Source: an uncultured Verrucomicrobiae bacterium (GTDB lineage: Bacteria > Verrucomicrobiota > Verrucomicrobiia > Chthoniobacterales > Chthoniobacteraceae). Taken from it: a stretch of 64,000 nt of DNA. The notes under the pieces were generated by a model, which was not told the DNA's origin, did not search any database, and worked only from the letters and a program-made list of their open reading frames with translations. The DNA is taken from assembly GCA_963836755.1 (NCBI GenBank), contig CAWIKF010000002.1, positions 2,176,001 through 2,240,000 of the forward strand. Reading direction: 5' to 3'. Positions 39,303 through 48,755 of this stretch are shown here, one piece after another (positions within the stretch are counted from its first letter, which is position 1; every line of letters begins with the position of its first letter). The translations under genes were made by a program, and so were the position numbers.

Positions 39303-40250
39303 TTAATCGAGCGCCGAAAGTTTTTTCCAAAGCTCCCGCTGTTCGGCGGTCAGCGTTTTCGGAATTTCGATCTGCGCGACCACGTAAAGATCGCCGCGCG
39401 TGTCGCCAGCTTTCGGCAGACCGCGCTGCTTGAGGCGGAAGCGCTGGCCGTGCTGCGTGCCGGGCGGCACTTTCATTTTCGCAGCGCCCTCGAGCGTCGG
39501 CGTCGAAATTTCGCAACCGAGCGCGGCCTGCCACGGCTGCAAGTCGGCCTCGTGAATGAGGTCGCTGCCCTCGACGCGAAAATCGGGATGCTGCGCAAAT
39601 TTTACGCGTAAAAAAAGATCGCCGGCGCTGCCGCCGTGCGCGCCTTTGCCGCCCTGGCCCGCGAGCCGAATCCGCTGTCCCTCGTGAACGCCGGCTGGGA
39701 TGCGAACGCTGTAAGTTTCCGTCTTCGCGTGCTGCGAACGGCGAAACGAAACCTGCCGTTTCGACCCGTGCAGCGCCTCCTCGATCGTGACGAGAATGTC
39801 GGCCTCGACGTCCTGCCCGCGCTGCGAAATGTCGCGCTGACCAAAGCCGCGCGCGTCGCCCATGCCGCCGCCAAACGGGTTGCGCTGCGCGCCGCCGCCG
39901 CCGAAAAATTGCTCGAAGAAATCGCTGAATCCTGTGCCGCCGAAATGAAAATCCGCGCCGCCATTTCCCTCGCCACCAGCGCGGTGCTGCCAGCCCGGCG
40001 GCGGTTGCTGCGGACCACCACGTTCCCAATCCGCGCCAAGCGTGTCGTATTTTTTCCGCTTCTCCGGGTCGCTTAGAACTTCATACGCCTCGTTGATTTC
40101 CTTGAACTTTGTCTCGGCCGTTTTCTTGTCCTTGTTGACGTCCGGATGATGCTTGCGGGCGAGCTTGCGAAACGCCTTTTTGATTTCGTCGGGAGTGGCC
40201 GCTTTTGAAACGCCGAGCGTCTCGTAATAATCCTTGAATTGAACTGGCAT
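39303..40250 (-). CDS. cbpA: DnaJ-class chaperone CbpA-like
   Basis: FKDYY, HPD, GFSDFFE; C-terminal domain without a zinc finger. Confidence 0.85.
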   Translation of the reverse strand: MPVQFKDYYETLGVSKAATPDEIKKAFRKLARKHHPDVNKDKKTAETKFKEINEAYEVLSDPEKRKKYDTLGADWERGGPQQPPPGWQHRAGGEGNGGADFHFGGTGFSDFFEQFFGGGGAQRNPFGGGMGDARGFGQRDISQRGQDVEADILVTIEEALHGSKRQVSFRRSQHAKTETYSVRIPAGVHEGQRIRLAGQGGKGAHGGSAGDLFLRVKFAQHPDFRVEGSDLIHEADLQPWQAALGCEISTPTLEGAAKMKVPPGTQHGQRFRLKQRGLPKAGDTRGDLYVVAQIEIPKTLTAEQRELWKKLSALD

Positions 40251-40318
40251 CGTGACGACGGAACCTAGCCGCTGTTCGCGCCGCTGCCAATGTCTGCGCG
40301 CCGCACGCGCGAAAATTT

Positions 40319-40990
40319 TTACATGCCGCCCGGATGCCGCGCGGTGAAGCCCCACGTCTCGCGGCTGTCGTAATGCCAGCGCGGGCCGACATTGCCGCCG
40401 CGCTGGAAATCGGTCGTGTCGAGGCGCAGCCCGGCGATGACGGCAAAGGTGTGGCCGTTGCGCGCGTAGATCGTGAGCCAGCGGCCTTTTCCACGCTGGC
40501 CAAAGTCCATCAACTCGCGTGACGGAATCGGCGAATTCAGAACGCCCGCGTGATGCAGCGCAAACGAAATGCTGCCCGAGCAATCGTAGCCGGAATCGAG
40601 GAACGAGCCGTGCCCGCCGCCCCATTTGTAAGGCGTTTTGCGGATCGTGTTGACGGCCCAGATCGCATTTTTCACAGCCTGCGGCGCATTCGATGGCGCA
40701 TATGCCACGCCGTGTCGGATGACCGCGCGATCGCCCTGCACCATCGGTCGCGCAGCACTCAAGACGGCCGGCGCACTCGATTCTTCATCCTGCTCCGGAA
40801 CAGCGGCCGGCTCGAAAATGGTCGGTGAATAAAGCGCGAGCTCCGTGCTGTGGCGCACCGCGTGCGCGCGCGGAATGTTTTGCGAACCGCTGAAGAACGG
40901 CTCGGAATGAAGCGCCGCGGCCGACAGCGAAAAAACTGCTGCTGATGCGGCGCAGATGCGGAAGTAAAAAGAAAAGCGTGAAGAGAACAT
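40319..40990 (-). CDS. NlpC/P60-like cell wall peptidase
   Basis: [14 protein letters not shown], downstream His; signal-like N-terminus. Confidence 0.8.
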   Translation of the reverse strand: MFSSRFSFYFRICAASAAVFSLSAAALHSEPFFSGSQNIPRAHAVRHSTELALYSPTIFEPAAVPEQDEESSAPAVLSAARPMVQGDRAVIRHGVAYAPSNAPQAVKNAIWAVNTIRKTPYKWGGGHGSFLDSGYDCSGSISFALHHAGVLNSPIPSRELMDFGQRGKGRWLTIYARNGHTFAVIAGLRLDTTDFQRGGNVGPRWHYDSRETWGFTARHPGGM

Positions 40991-41147
40991 GGTAATTATG
41001 AAGCTAGTTGCGCGCCATGCCGCGCCCTTTGAGCTGCCGCCGCGAAAAATTTGCGCTGGTTCTAGTGGCTGGTTGATTTAAATCAATCGCAATCGTCCCG
41101 AGCGGCGAAAAAAGATGCGCACATTCGTTTGTTTAACTGGTCGTTGA

Positions 41148-42068
41148 ATGTTCGCGTTCATTTTTCGCCGCCTCATCTCGCTGGTCTTCGTCCTTTTTTG
41201 TGTCGTCTCTATCACGTTTTTTTTGATCCGTCTCGCGCCGGGCGGACCGTTTGATCGTGAGCGGAAAATCCCGCCTCAAATCGAAAAGCAGTTGCTCGCG
41301 AAGTATCAACTCGATGGTCCGATCTCGCGCCAATACATCGATTATCTACGCGATTTGCTGCACGGCGATCTGCGCCTTTCCACAAAATACCGCGACCGCA
41401 GCGTTAACGAACTTTTGGCGCAGTCGCTTCCAGTTTCCGCGGAGCTCGGCTTCGCGGCATTCCTCATCGCGACGCTCGGCGGCATCTGGCTCGGCTGCGT
41501 CGCTGCCGTGCGCCGCCACACGGCGATCGACACCGGCGCGATGCTCGCCGCGCTTTTCGCGATCTCCATTCCGATGTTTGTCGTCGGGCCGCTCCTCATT
41601 TTAGTTTTTGCGCTGAAATTGCGCTGGCTGCCGGTCGGCGGTTGGGGCACATGGCCCGCACTCGTCCTGCCCGCGCTGACGCTCGCCGGGCCATATGTGG
41701 CCTACATTGCGCGGCTCATGCGCGCGAGCATGCTCGAGGTGCTCGGCCAGGATTTCGTCCGCACCGCGCGTGCGAAAGGGCTCCCGCGGCCGCGCATTAT
41801 TTACAAGCACGCGCTCAAGGTTGCGATCCTGCCGGTCGTCTCATTTCTCGGACCGCTCGCGGCAAATTTGCTGACCGGTTCGATCGTCGTCGAAGCAATT
41901 TTCAACATCCCCGGCGCCGGCGGATTTTTCGTCAACTCGATTCAAAATCGCGACGGCTTTTTGCTCGGCGGCGTCGTCATCGTTTACTGCACGCTGCTCG
42001 TGATTTTAAATCTGCTCGTCGATATCAGCTATGGACTGCTCGACCGCCGGATCAAGGTGTATGGCTGA
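41148..42068 (+). CDS. oppB: Oligopeptide ABC transporter permease
   Basis: LAPGGPF, DFVRTARAKGL, VEAIFNIPG. Confidence 0.9.
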   Translation: MFAFIFRRLISLVFVLFCVVSITFFLIRLAPGGPFDRERKIPPQIEKQLLAKYQLDGPISRQYIDYLRDLLHGDLRLSTKYRDRSVNELLAQSLPVSAELGFAAFLIATLGGIWLGCVAAVRRHTAIDTGAMLAALFAISIPMFVVGPLLILVFALKLRWLPVGGWGTWPALVLPALTLAGPYVAYIARLMRASMLEVLGQDFVRTARAKGLPRPRIIYKHALKVAILPVVSFLGPLAANLLTGSIVVEAIFNIPGAGGFFVNSIQNRDGFLLGGVVIVYCTLLVILNLLVDISYGLLDRRIKVYG

Positions 42069-42966
42069 TCCGCGCGAAAAAAGTGCCTGGCAAAAGCTGC
42101 GCAAAATGCCCGCTGCGAAAGCGTCGCTGATCGTGCTCGCAGTCGTCGTGGTCGCGGCGATTTTCGGGCCGATTTTGCTGCCGGCAAAGTATGCGTCACT
42201 GACGGAAAACCAATTCGCGCCGCCATCGCTCGCGCATCCGTTTGGCACCGATCTCAATGGCCGCGATGTCCTTTTTCGCGTGATGGAAGGCGCGCGCATT
42301 TCGCTGCTCGTCGGCATTTCCGGCGCGCTGATTTCGTTTTTTGTCGGCACGACCTACGGCCTCATCGCGGGCTACGCGGGCGGAAAAATCGACGCCGCGA
42401 TGATGCGTGCGGTTGAGATTTTATATTCCATTCCGCGGCTCATCATCATCCTTGTTTTCATCAACGCGTTCGACATGCATTTGAAAAACTGGCTCGCACT
42501 GCACAACGCCGGCGCGCTCGTCGGCTACTCAAAAATCGTCATCCTCGTCCTCTCGCTCGGGCTCATCGAATGGCTCACGATGGCGCGCATCGTGCGCGGT
42601 CAGGTGCTCTCGCTCAAGGCGCGGCAATTCGTCGATGCGGCGCGCAGCCTCGGGCAGAGCCGCGTGAAAATCGTGACACGCCATTTGCTGCCGAACCTCG
42701 CCGGCGTGGTCGTCATTTATCTCACGCTCACGATTCCTGCGGTGATTTTGGACGAATCTTTTTTGAGTTTTCTAGGCCTTGGAATCCAGGCGCCGCAGGC
42801 GAGCTGGGGCTCGCTGCTGAGCGACGGCGCGCAAGTGATCAATCCGATCCGCAGCAATTGGTGGCTGCTGGTTTTTCCGGCGCTCGTCATGTCCGCGACG
42901 CTGCTCTCGCTAAACTTTCTCGGCGATGCTTTGCGTGATGTGCTCGACCCGCGAGCGCAGCAGTAG
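42061..42966 (+). CDS. oppC: Oligopeptide ABC transporter permease
   Basis: HPFGTDLNGRD, RHLLPN, ESFLSFLGLG, NFLGDALRD. Confidence 0.9.
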   Translation: MADPREKSAWQKLRKMPAAKASLIVLAVVVVAAIFGPILLPAKYASLTENQFAPPSLAHPFGTDLNGRDVLFRVMEGARISLLVGISGALISFFVGTTYGLIAGYAGGKIDAAMMRAVEILYSIPRLIIILVFINAFDMHLKNWLALHNAGALVGYSKIVILVLSLGLIEWLTMARIVRGQVLSLKARQFVDAARSLGQSRVKIVTRHLLPNLAGVVVIYLTLTIPAVILDESFLSFLGLGIQAPQASWGSLLSDGAQVINPIRSNWWLLVFPALVMSATLLSLNFLGDALRDVLDPRAQQ

Positions 42967-43041
42967 AGCGGCTTCGGAGGAATTTTGACGCGATCAAAAG
43001 TTGGAGCTTGTCACAAAAATGCGCGTGCCTATTTTGCGGGA

Positions 43042-43758
43042 ATGCGTCTCCCCTCATTCCTCGCCGTTAAGCCGATCGCCGCGAAAACTTTTCTAAAAAA
43101 TTCGGCGGCTGGCCTCGCATTTTGCGCTTCCCTTTTGATCGCCGCCTCGAGCGCAAAGGCCGCGGATGTTTCGACAAAAAGCGCGCTCGAAACGGACCCC
43201 GCCGGATGGGAAGACGTGTTGCCCCCGGCTGATTTGAAAGGCTGGTTTCGTGTGCCAATTCCGGCCACCGGAAAGTTGATCCGCCAGCAATGGCATGTGG
43301 AAAATGGCGAGCTCGTTTGCGACGGCGATGGCGGGCACGACATGCTTTTGCTCGACCGCGAATTGCACGATTGCATTTTTCACGTCGAATGTTGCTTCAC
43401 GAAAATCGAGGGGAAAAAAGGTTACAACAGCGGCGTCTTCATCCGCACGTCGCGCGACGGCGCGATCTGGCATCAGGCGCAGGTCGGAAGTTTGTCCGGC
43501 GGATATTATTTCGGCGTCACGTCGTCCGAGCCCGGGACAAAAAAATACAAGAGCGGGCTGGGGCCGTGCCGGATGAAGGAAGCCGGCGAATGGAACACGA
43601 TGGAGCTGACAGCGCGTGGTCGTGTGCTGACGCTTTGGGTGAACGGTTTTCCGGCTGCGGAGGTTCCCGATTGCGGGATCGACAAAGGCTTCATCGGAGT
43701 GGAAGGCGAAGGATTTTTGATCCACTTTCGCAATCTGAAGCTCAAGGAACTGCACTAA
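43042..43758 (+). CDS. DUF1080 / 3-keto-disaccharide hydrolase family protein
   Basis: DLKGW, WHVENG, YNSGVFIR, GEWNTME, WVNG, FRNLKLKEL. Confidence 0.82.
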   Translation: MRLPSFLAVKPIAAKTFLKNSAAGLAFCASLLIAASSAKAADVSTKSALETDPAGWEDVLPPADLKGWFRVPIPATGKLIRQQWHVENGELVCDGDGGHDMLLLDRELHDCIFHVECCFTKIEGKKGYNSGVFIRTSRDGAIWHQAQVGSLSGGYYFGVTSSEPGTKKYKSGLGPCRMKEAGEWNTMELTARGRVLTLWVNGFPAAEVPDCGIDKGFIGVEGEGFLIHFRNLKLKELH

Positions 43759-43836
43759 AACGTCACGCGATTTTCCACGGCGCGGTTCCAAAATCGGCTG
43801 TGCGATTGTTGCTAGCGCGTCAAAGTTTGCCGCGCG

Positions 43837-44229
43837 CTATGAGGCCGGACGGTCACCGGACGGGAGATTCGCCTCGATGAATTTCACAAGGGCGTCGAGG
43901 CTCACCGGCTTCGCCATGAACGGGAATCCGCCGATCAAATTCCCATCGACCGCTTCTTTTTTCGAAACGATCGCCGTCAAAAAAACGATTTTCGATTTCG
44001 ACAAACTTCCGTCGGCTTGAATCTGCCGCGCGACATCGCCGCCGTCGATTTTTGGCATCACGATATCGAGCAGGATCAAGTCCGGACGAAACTCGCGCGC
44101 GGTTTCGAGCGCCTTCGTGCCATCATTTTGCTCGCGCACGATGTAGTCACCGGTGCGCTCGAGCGTCAGTTTCATGAGCCGGGTGAAACCGGATTCGTCA
44201 TCGACGATGAGGATGCGTTTTTTTTCCAT
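43837..44229 (-). CDS. Single-domain response regulator
   Basis: ILIVDDE, LLDIVMP, FLTA, AKP. Confidence 0.9.
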   Translation of the reverse strand: MEKKRILIVDDESGFTRLMKLTLERTGDYIVREQNDGTKALETAREFRPDLILLDIVMPKIDGGDVARQIQADGSLSKSKIVFLTAIVSKKEAVDGNLIGGFPFMAKPVSLDALVKFIEANLPSGDRPAS

Positions 44230-44235
44230 AGGGGC

Positions 44236-46218
44236 TCAGCCTTTGAACATGAGAGTAACGCGGGCGCCGCCCTCGGGTCGATTACGAATCTCGATGATGC
44301 CGCCGTGCAAATCCATGATCGAGCGCGTGACGCTGAGCCCGAGGCCGGTCCCCTGCCCGGTCGGCTTGGTGGTGTAAAATGGGTCGAATACTTTCGTGAG
44401 TTTGTCCTCGGAAATGCCCGGGCCGGTGTCGTCGACCTCGACGATGATGACAGTGTCGCCGACGCGAAAAGATTCGGAGCGATTGCCGCCAATGTTTGCG
44501 CCGACGCCGGTGAGCTGCTGCGCAAAAGTGCGGACGGTGAGCGTGCCGGATTTCTCGATCGCATGCGCGGCGTTTGTAAAAAGGTTGATGAACACCTGAC
44601 CGACCTTCATCGCGTCCAGTTTCACGCGCGGCAGATCGGGCTGCAGTTGTTTAACGATATGGAAGCCGGAGCCCCGCATCTCGCCGCGCACCAGGCGGAG
44701 CGAGCGCTCGATGATCTCGTTCAGATTTTGTTCGCTGACCTCGAGTTTGCGCGGCGCGGAAAAATCAAGCAGGCCGCGGATGACATTGTCCGCGCGCTGC
44801 ACCGCGTCGGTCAGATCTTTTAAAATATGCGGCACGTTTGAATCGTCCGCGAAATCTTGCTGCCGCAGGTAATCGATTCCCATCGTGATGATCGCGAGCG
44901 GATTTTTCACCTCGTGCGCGACGCCGGCCGCGAGCCGTCCGATTGATTTCATTTTCTCGGCCTCGATGAGCTGAAGCTGGATGCCGCGCAACTCCTCGTG
45001 CGCTTTTTTTAAATCAGCAAGCGCGGCGGACAGTTCCACGTTTGCCGCTCGCACGCGGTCGTCGGCGAGCTTCTGCTCAGTGATGTCGCGGCCGATGCAG
45101 ACGAGACCGGTGATCTTTCCGCTTTCATTTCGCAGCGGCACTTTCGTCGTCAAAAGCCAGCGGCGTTCACCGGCCGAACTGGTGGCAATTTCCTCGTGAT
45201 TTAGCAGCGGCTCGCCGGAGCGCGTGATGATGTCGTCGCTGGCTTTGAAATGCTCTGCGACTTCCTGCGGGAAAAAGTCGAAGACGGTTTTGCCAATGAT
45301 CTCGCTCCCTTCTTTGACGCCGAGAAATCGCGCGTGGGCGATGTTGTCGAGCAGGTATCGGCCTTCCACATTTTTCACGTAGATCGGGTCGGGCAAATTA
45401 TCGATGACACCGCGCAGCAAATTTCGTTCGGCAGCCAACTGCTCCTCCATCCGCTTGAATTCGGTGACGTCGCGCGAGATGCCGGTGGTTCCGATCACGC
45501 GGCCCTGGCGGTCGCGCAGCGGCAACTTTGTCGTCAAAACCCATCGCGTGCGTCCATCGGCCCGCACTTCTTTTTCGATTTGCGCGACCAAAGGCTCGCC
45601 GGTGTGGATGACCTGCAGCTCGTCTTCAAAAAATCGCTGCGCCTGCGCCGGGTCGATGAAATCAGCGTCACTTTTTCCGATGACGTCCTCATATTTGTCC
45701 TTGTTGAACAACCGCAACATCGCCGGGTTCACGCGGAGGAATCGGCTGTCGCGATCCTTGAAATAAATGCGGTCGGGAATGTGATCGAGCAGCGATTGAA
45801 GCAGGTCGCGCTCGTGCGCCAGCGCATGCTCCGCGCGGTTTCGCTCGATCGCGTAACGCATCGCGCGCAAAAGCAACTGGCCATCGAACCGGCCTTTCGC
45901 GAGATAATCCTGTGCGCCCGCGTGCACCGTTCGCAAAGCGAGCTCCTCGTCGTCGAGCCCGCTCAGCACAATGATCGGCACGTGCGGCACGAGCTTGTTT
46001 AACTGCAAAAAGGTGTCGAATCCGCTGCTGTCGGGCAGCGACATGTCGAGCAGGATGAGGTCAAAGTCGCCTTCGCGTAAAAGTTCGATCGCGTCGCTGA
46101 GGCGGCGAGCATTTGCCGCGATGACGAAGGATTCGTTTTCGCGCAGCGACTCTTCGAGCAGGCGGGTATCGCCGACATTATCCTCGACGAGCAGGACGCG
46201 GAATCTGGAGGGAGACAC
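44236..46218 (-). CDS. REC-PAS-PAS sensor histidine kinase
   Basis: AGVAHEVKNPL, NLFTNA, DTGPG, PFYTTK, GTGLGL. Confidence 0.92.
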   Translation of the reverse strand: MSPSRFRVLLVEDNVGDTRLLEESLRENESFVIAANARRLSDAIELLREGDFDLILLDMSLPDSSGFDTFLQLNKLVPHVPIIVLSGLDDEELALRTVHAGAQDYLAKGRFDGQLLLRAMRYAIERNRAEHALAHERDLLQSLLDHIPDRIYFKDRDSRFLRVNPAMLRLFNKDKYEDVIGKSDADFIDPAQAQRFFEDELQVIHTGEPLVAQIEKEVRADGRTRWVLTTKLPLRDRQGRVIGTTGISRDVTEFKRMEEQLAAERNLLRGVIDNLPDPIYVKNVEGRYLLDNIAHARFLGVKEGSEIIGKTVFDFFPQEVAEHFKASDDIITRSGEPLLNHEEIATSSAGERRWLLTTKVPLRNESGKITGLVCIGRDITEQKLADDRVRAANVELSAALADLKKAHEELRGIQLQLIEAEKMKSIGRLAAGVAHEVKNPLAIITMGIDYLRQQDFADDSNVPHILKDLTDAVQRADNVIRGLLDFSAPRKLEVSEQNLNEIIERSLRLVRGEMRGSGFHIVKQLQPDLPRVKLDAMKVGQVFINLFTNAAHAIEKSGTLTVRTFAQQLTGVGANIGGNRSESFRVGDTVIIVEVDDTGPGISEDKLTKVFDPFYTTKPTGQGTGLGLSVTRSIMDLHGGIIEIRNRPEGGARVTLMFKG

Positions 46219-46274
46219 GGGGCAGAAATAATTGCGCGTGGCGTGGCAAAAGGCGAGCAGATGTTTTACGCGTG

Positions 46275-46290
46275 TGGCACACGCTTTGCA
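46275..46290 (+). promoter_or_regulatory. Sigma-54 (-24/-12) promoter
   Basis: TGGCAC-ACGCT-TTGCA, consensus spacing. Confidence 0.7.
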
Positions 46291-46308
46291 TAAGCAACCG
46301 GCGAACTC

Positions 46309-46386
46309 ATGCCGATCCTTCTTTTCGTCATCGCAATCCTCGCCGGCTTTTTCTGCGTCGTCGCGTGGCGAACCAAAGGCTGGTAA
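46309..46386 (+). CDS. 25-aa single-TM small protein
   Basis: MPILLFVIAILAGFFCVVAWRTKGW; directly after the sigma-54 site. Confidence 0.6.
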   Translation: MPILLFVIAILAGFFCVVAWRTKGW

Positions 46387-46737
46387 AGCGTCCTTGCGCT
46401 TTTAGAAGAAGAAGCGACGGCTAACGATGCCAGCTGACGGGCGAGATTTGACCGCCCTCTGACCACCAGCAATGGCCGGTCCAGATGCCGAGAACTTTTT
46501 TGCCGCTGCCGAAAACGCACGAGACGACTTCGTAGCGGACCGGCTTCACGAGGCGGGCGCAATGGAAACGAGCAAGCTTCGGCATGGCGTCGCTTTCAGA
46601 GCAAATGACGTGCCGAGGTGCGCTCGAAGCTTATTTCGCGGTTTGGCGAAAAACTCCCGTGACTAGCGCATCACAATAGGGGAATGTCCTTATTATCCAT
46701 GGAAAATCTCCCAGCATTTCTAGCCTGCGTGAACTCA

Positions 46738-46769
46738 TGTTACGGAAAAGTAACACTTCAAACTTTGCC
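46738..46769 (+). promoter_or_regulatory. TGTTAC-N6-GTAACA-N8-TTTGCC promoter element
   Basis: Same layout at 52650 and 53911; 30 nt upstream of the cassette start. Confidence 0.6.
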
Positions 46770-46799
46770 TTCCGTCGCGCGAGAAGGCATTAGGGCCGG

Positions 46800-47423
46800 A
46801 TGAAACTTCGGACTTGGCAAAAGGCGGCCTTCACGCTGGTCGAGCTGCTGACCGTCATGAGCATTATCTGCATAATGCTCGTTGCCACCGTCCCCGCGAT
46901 TCAAGGTCTCTCAAAGAGCTCCTCGCGCCAGGCAGCGGTCAACATGCTGATGGATGTGATGGATCAGGCCCGCGGCCTGGCGATCACGCAGGGGCGGCCG
47001 GCTTACGTGGTTTTTGCGGATGGGAATCTGCCGGGGGATAAAATGGACCGCGCCGTGTGTATTTTCTCCGATAATTCCGATCCGGCGCAGCCGCCGAGCA
47101 TGCAGACGAAATGGAGCACGCTGCCCACCGGCTACTGCTTTAAGAACGACTCCTCAGTTTCGACCATCCTGAATGCGCCCGCGGACACGCCGGCAATCAC
47201 GTTCTCAGGCCAGGGCTTCACCAAAGTCGCTTTCCCTTACGTTCGATTCAGCGCGACTGGCGAGGTGCTTCATCCGACGAATCCAAATTATTCGCGAATC
47301 GTCCTCCTGAACGGATTCACCAATCCAAACGGCACGCAGGTTTCCACTTCCCCCTCCACGGTCACAGACCAGATCGTCGTTTCCCGATACACGGGGCGGC
47401 CGAAATACGTGAACGGGTTATGA
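46800..47423 (+). CDS. Verru_Chthon cassette protein D-like (GspH/FimT-type pilin)
   Basis: AFTLVELLTVM, QARGLAI, RFSATG, YTGRP. Confidence 0.8.
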   Translation: MKLRTWQKAAFTLVELLTVMSIICIMLVATVPAIQGLSKSSSRQAAVNMLMDVMDQARGLAITQGRPAYVVFADGNLPGDKMDRAVCIFSDNSDPAQPPSMQTKWSTLPTGYCFKNDSSVSTILNAPADTPAITFSGQGFTKVAFPYVRFSATGEVLHPTNPNYSRIVLLNGFTNPNGTQVSTSPSTVTDQIVVSRYTGRPKYVNGL

Positions 47424-47908
47424 AAAAAAAGTCCGCCGGCTTTTCGCTCATCGAGGTCGCGCTCGCGCTCGGTGTGATCGTTTTTGGTCTCGTCACGATG
47501 CTTGGCGTTTTCCCGATGGGCCTCGATGACAGCCGGACGAGCGTGAAGGAAACACGCGGCGCTCAGATGGCGCGGGCGGTTTTTTCCACGTTACAGACGC
47601 CTTCTTTCAATGCGGTCGATTGCTATGGTCAAACACTCGATCTTTCCTCGCTCGACACGAGCTCGACGCCGGTCTTGCTCTACGCAAAATTCTCCGATCC
47701 GGCGCAGCCGACCATCAGCTCGACGCGTGACTCCGACTCCATCTACACACTGGAGCTTCGCTTCAACCAGAACGTGACCCCCGCCGTCACTCCCGTCACG
47801 CTGAAGCCGATGACGCAGGGCACGGCAAATCTCGTGACGCTGACCATTTACGCGCAGACCAAAGACTCAGGAACCGTCCAATTCGCCACCGTCATCGGCG
47901 ATTACTAA
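47420..47908 (+). CDS. Verru_Chthon cassette protein B-like pilin
   Basis: GFSLIEVALALGVIVFGLVTMLGVFPMGL. Confidence 0.8.
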   Translation: MKKKSAGFSLIEVALALGVIVFGLVTMLGVFPMGLDDSRTSVKETRGAQMARAVFSTLQTPSFNAVDCYGQTLDLSSLDTSSTPVLLYAKFSDPAQPTISSTRDSDSIYTLELRFNQNVTPAVTPVTLKPMTQGTANLVTLTIYAQTKDSGTVQFATVIGDY

Positions 47909-47909
47909 G

Positions 47910-48755
47910 ATGCCTCGAGTTCATCGCGCGAAGAGTGGTTTCACTCTCATCGAAATATTGTTGGCAACGGCGATCACCGCTCTGATCGTGGTCCTGCTCA
48001 TGCACATCTTTTCGGCGACTGCGACGACATGGACGCATGCCGAGCAGCGCACCGACGCCTTCCGCGAAGCGCGCGCCGCGCTCGAGAGCATGGACCGCGA
48101 CTTGCGCAACGCCGTGCCCGCGCCGAAGCCGTCCGCCAGCCCCGATCCGTCGCCTCCGATGCTGGTTTTAAACTTTGACCCCAACACCGCGTCGCAGGAT
48201 CAGGTGAATGAGGAAATCTACATGATCAGTTCGCATCCGAATTCCGGGAAAAGCGATCTTTGCACGATCGGCTACCATTGCGTCTGGAACGCGACGACGA
48301 AATGCTACGTGCTCCGGCGAATCTTCAAGGACAGCGACGCGACTTTCGCCGCCTTCAAGAAAGCCGCTTCGGATGTGCCGATGACCTTTGCCGATCTCTA
48401 CACTTATTCCGCATTGATTGATGACAGCAGCGCCGCAACCCAAACGCCTCCCGCCGACGAGGAAGACGTCGCCTCCTACATCTGGGACCTGACCTTTCGC
48501 CCTTGCGTGAACAACACCCTTTCGACCTCGTATCCGAAGACGAGCTATTCCTCGGTGTTCCCGCTCTGGATCGAGATTCGGTTCAAAGCAGTCGGCGCAT
48601 CCGCGGTCAACAAATTGAAGACTCTTCCCATCACCCGCTCGACATGGGAAACGCCGAATGATCCGCTTTTCAAAAACACCATCCTGCCGTATTCGCAGCA
48701 GTTTGTGATGCGGGTCAAACTTGTCACCTCCACGTCCGGCTCCAGCACGCCATGA
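47910..48755 (+). CDS. Verru_Chthon cassette protein C-like pilin
   Basis: GFTLIEILLA, FREARAALESMDRDL, LCTIGY. Confidence 0.8.
   Translation: MPRVHRAKSGFTLIEILLATAITALIVVLLMHIFSATATTWTHAEQRTDAFREARAALESMDRDLRNAVPAPKPSASPDPSPPMLVLNFDPNTASQDQVNEEIYMISSHPNSGKSDLCTIGYHCVWNATTKCYVLRRIFKDSDATFAAFKKAASDVPMTFADLYTYSALIDDSSAATQTPPADEEDVASYIWDLTFRPCVNNTLSTSYPKTSYSSVFPLWIEIRFKAVGASAVNKLKTLPITRSTWETPNDPLFKNTILPYSQQFVMRVKLVTSTSGSSTP

Noticed and set aside
46400..46670. Possible ncRNA or short ORF upstream of the pilin cassette
   Set aside because: No convincing stems, tRNA signature or protein motif.
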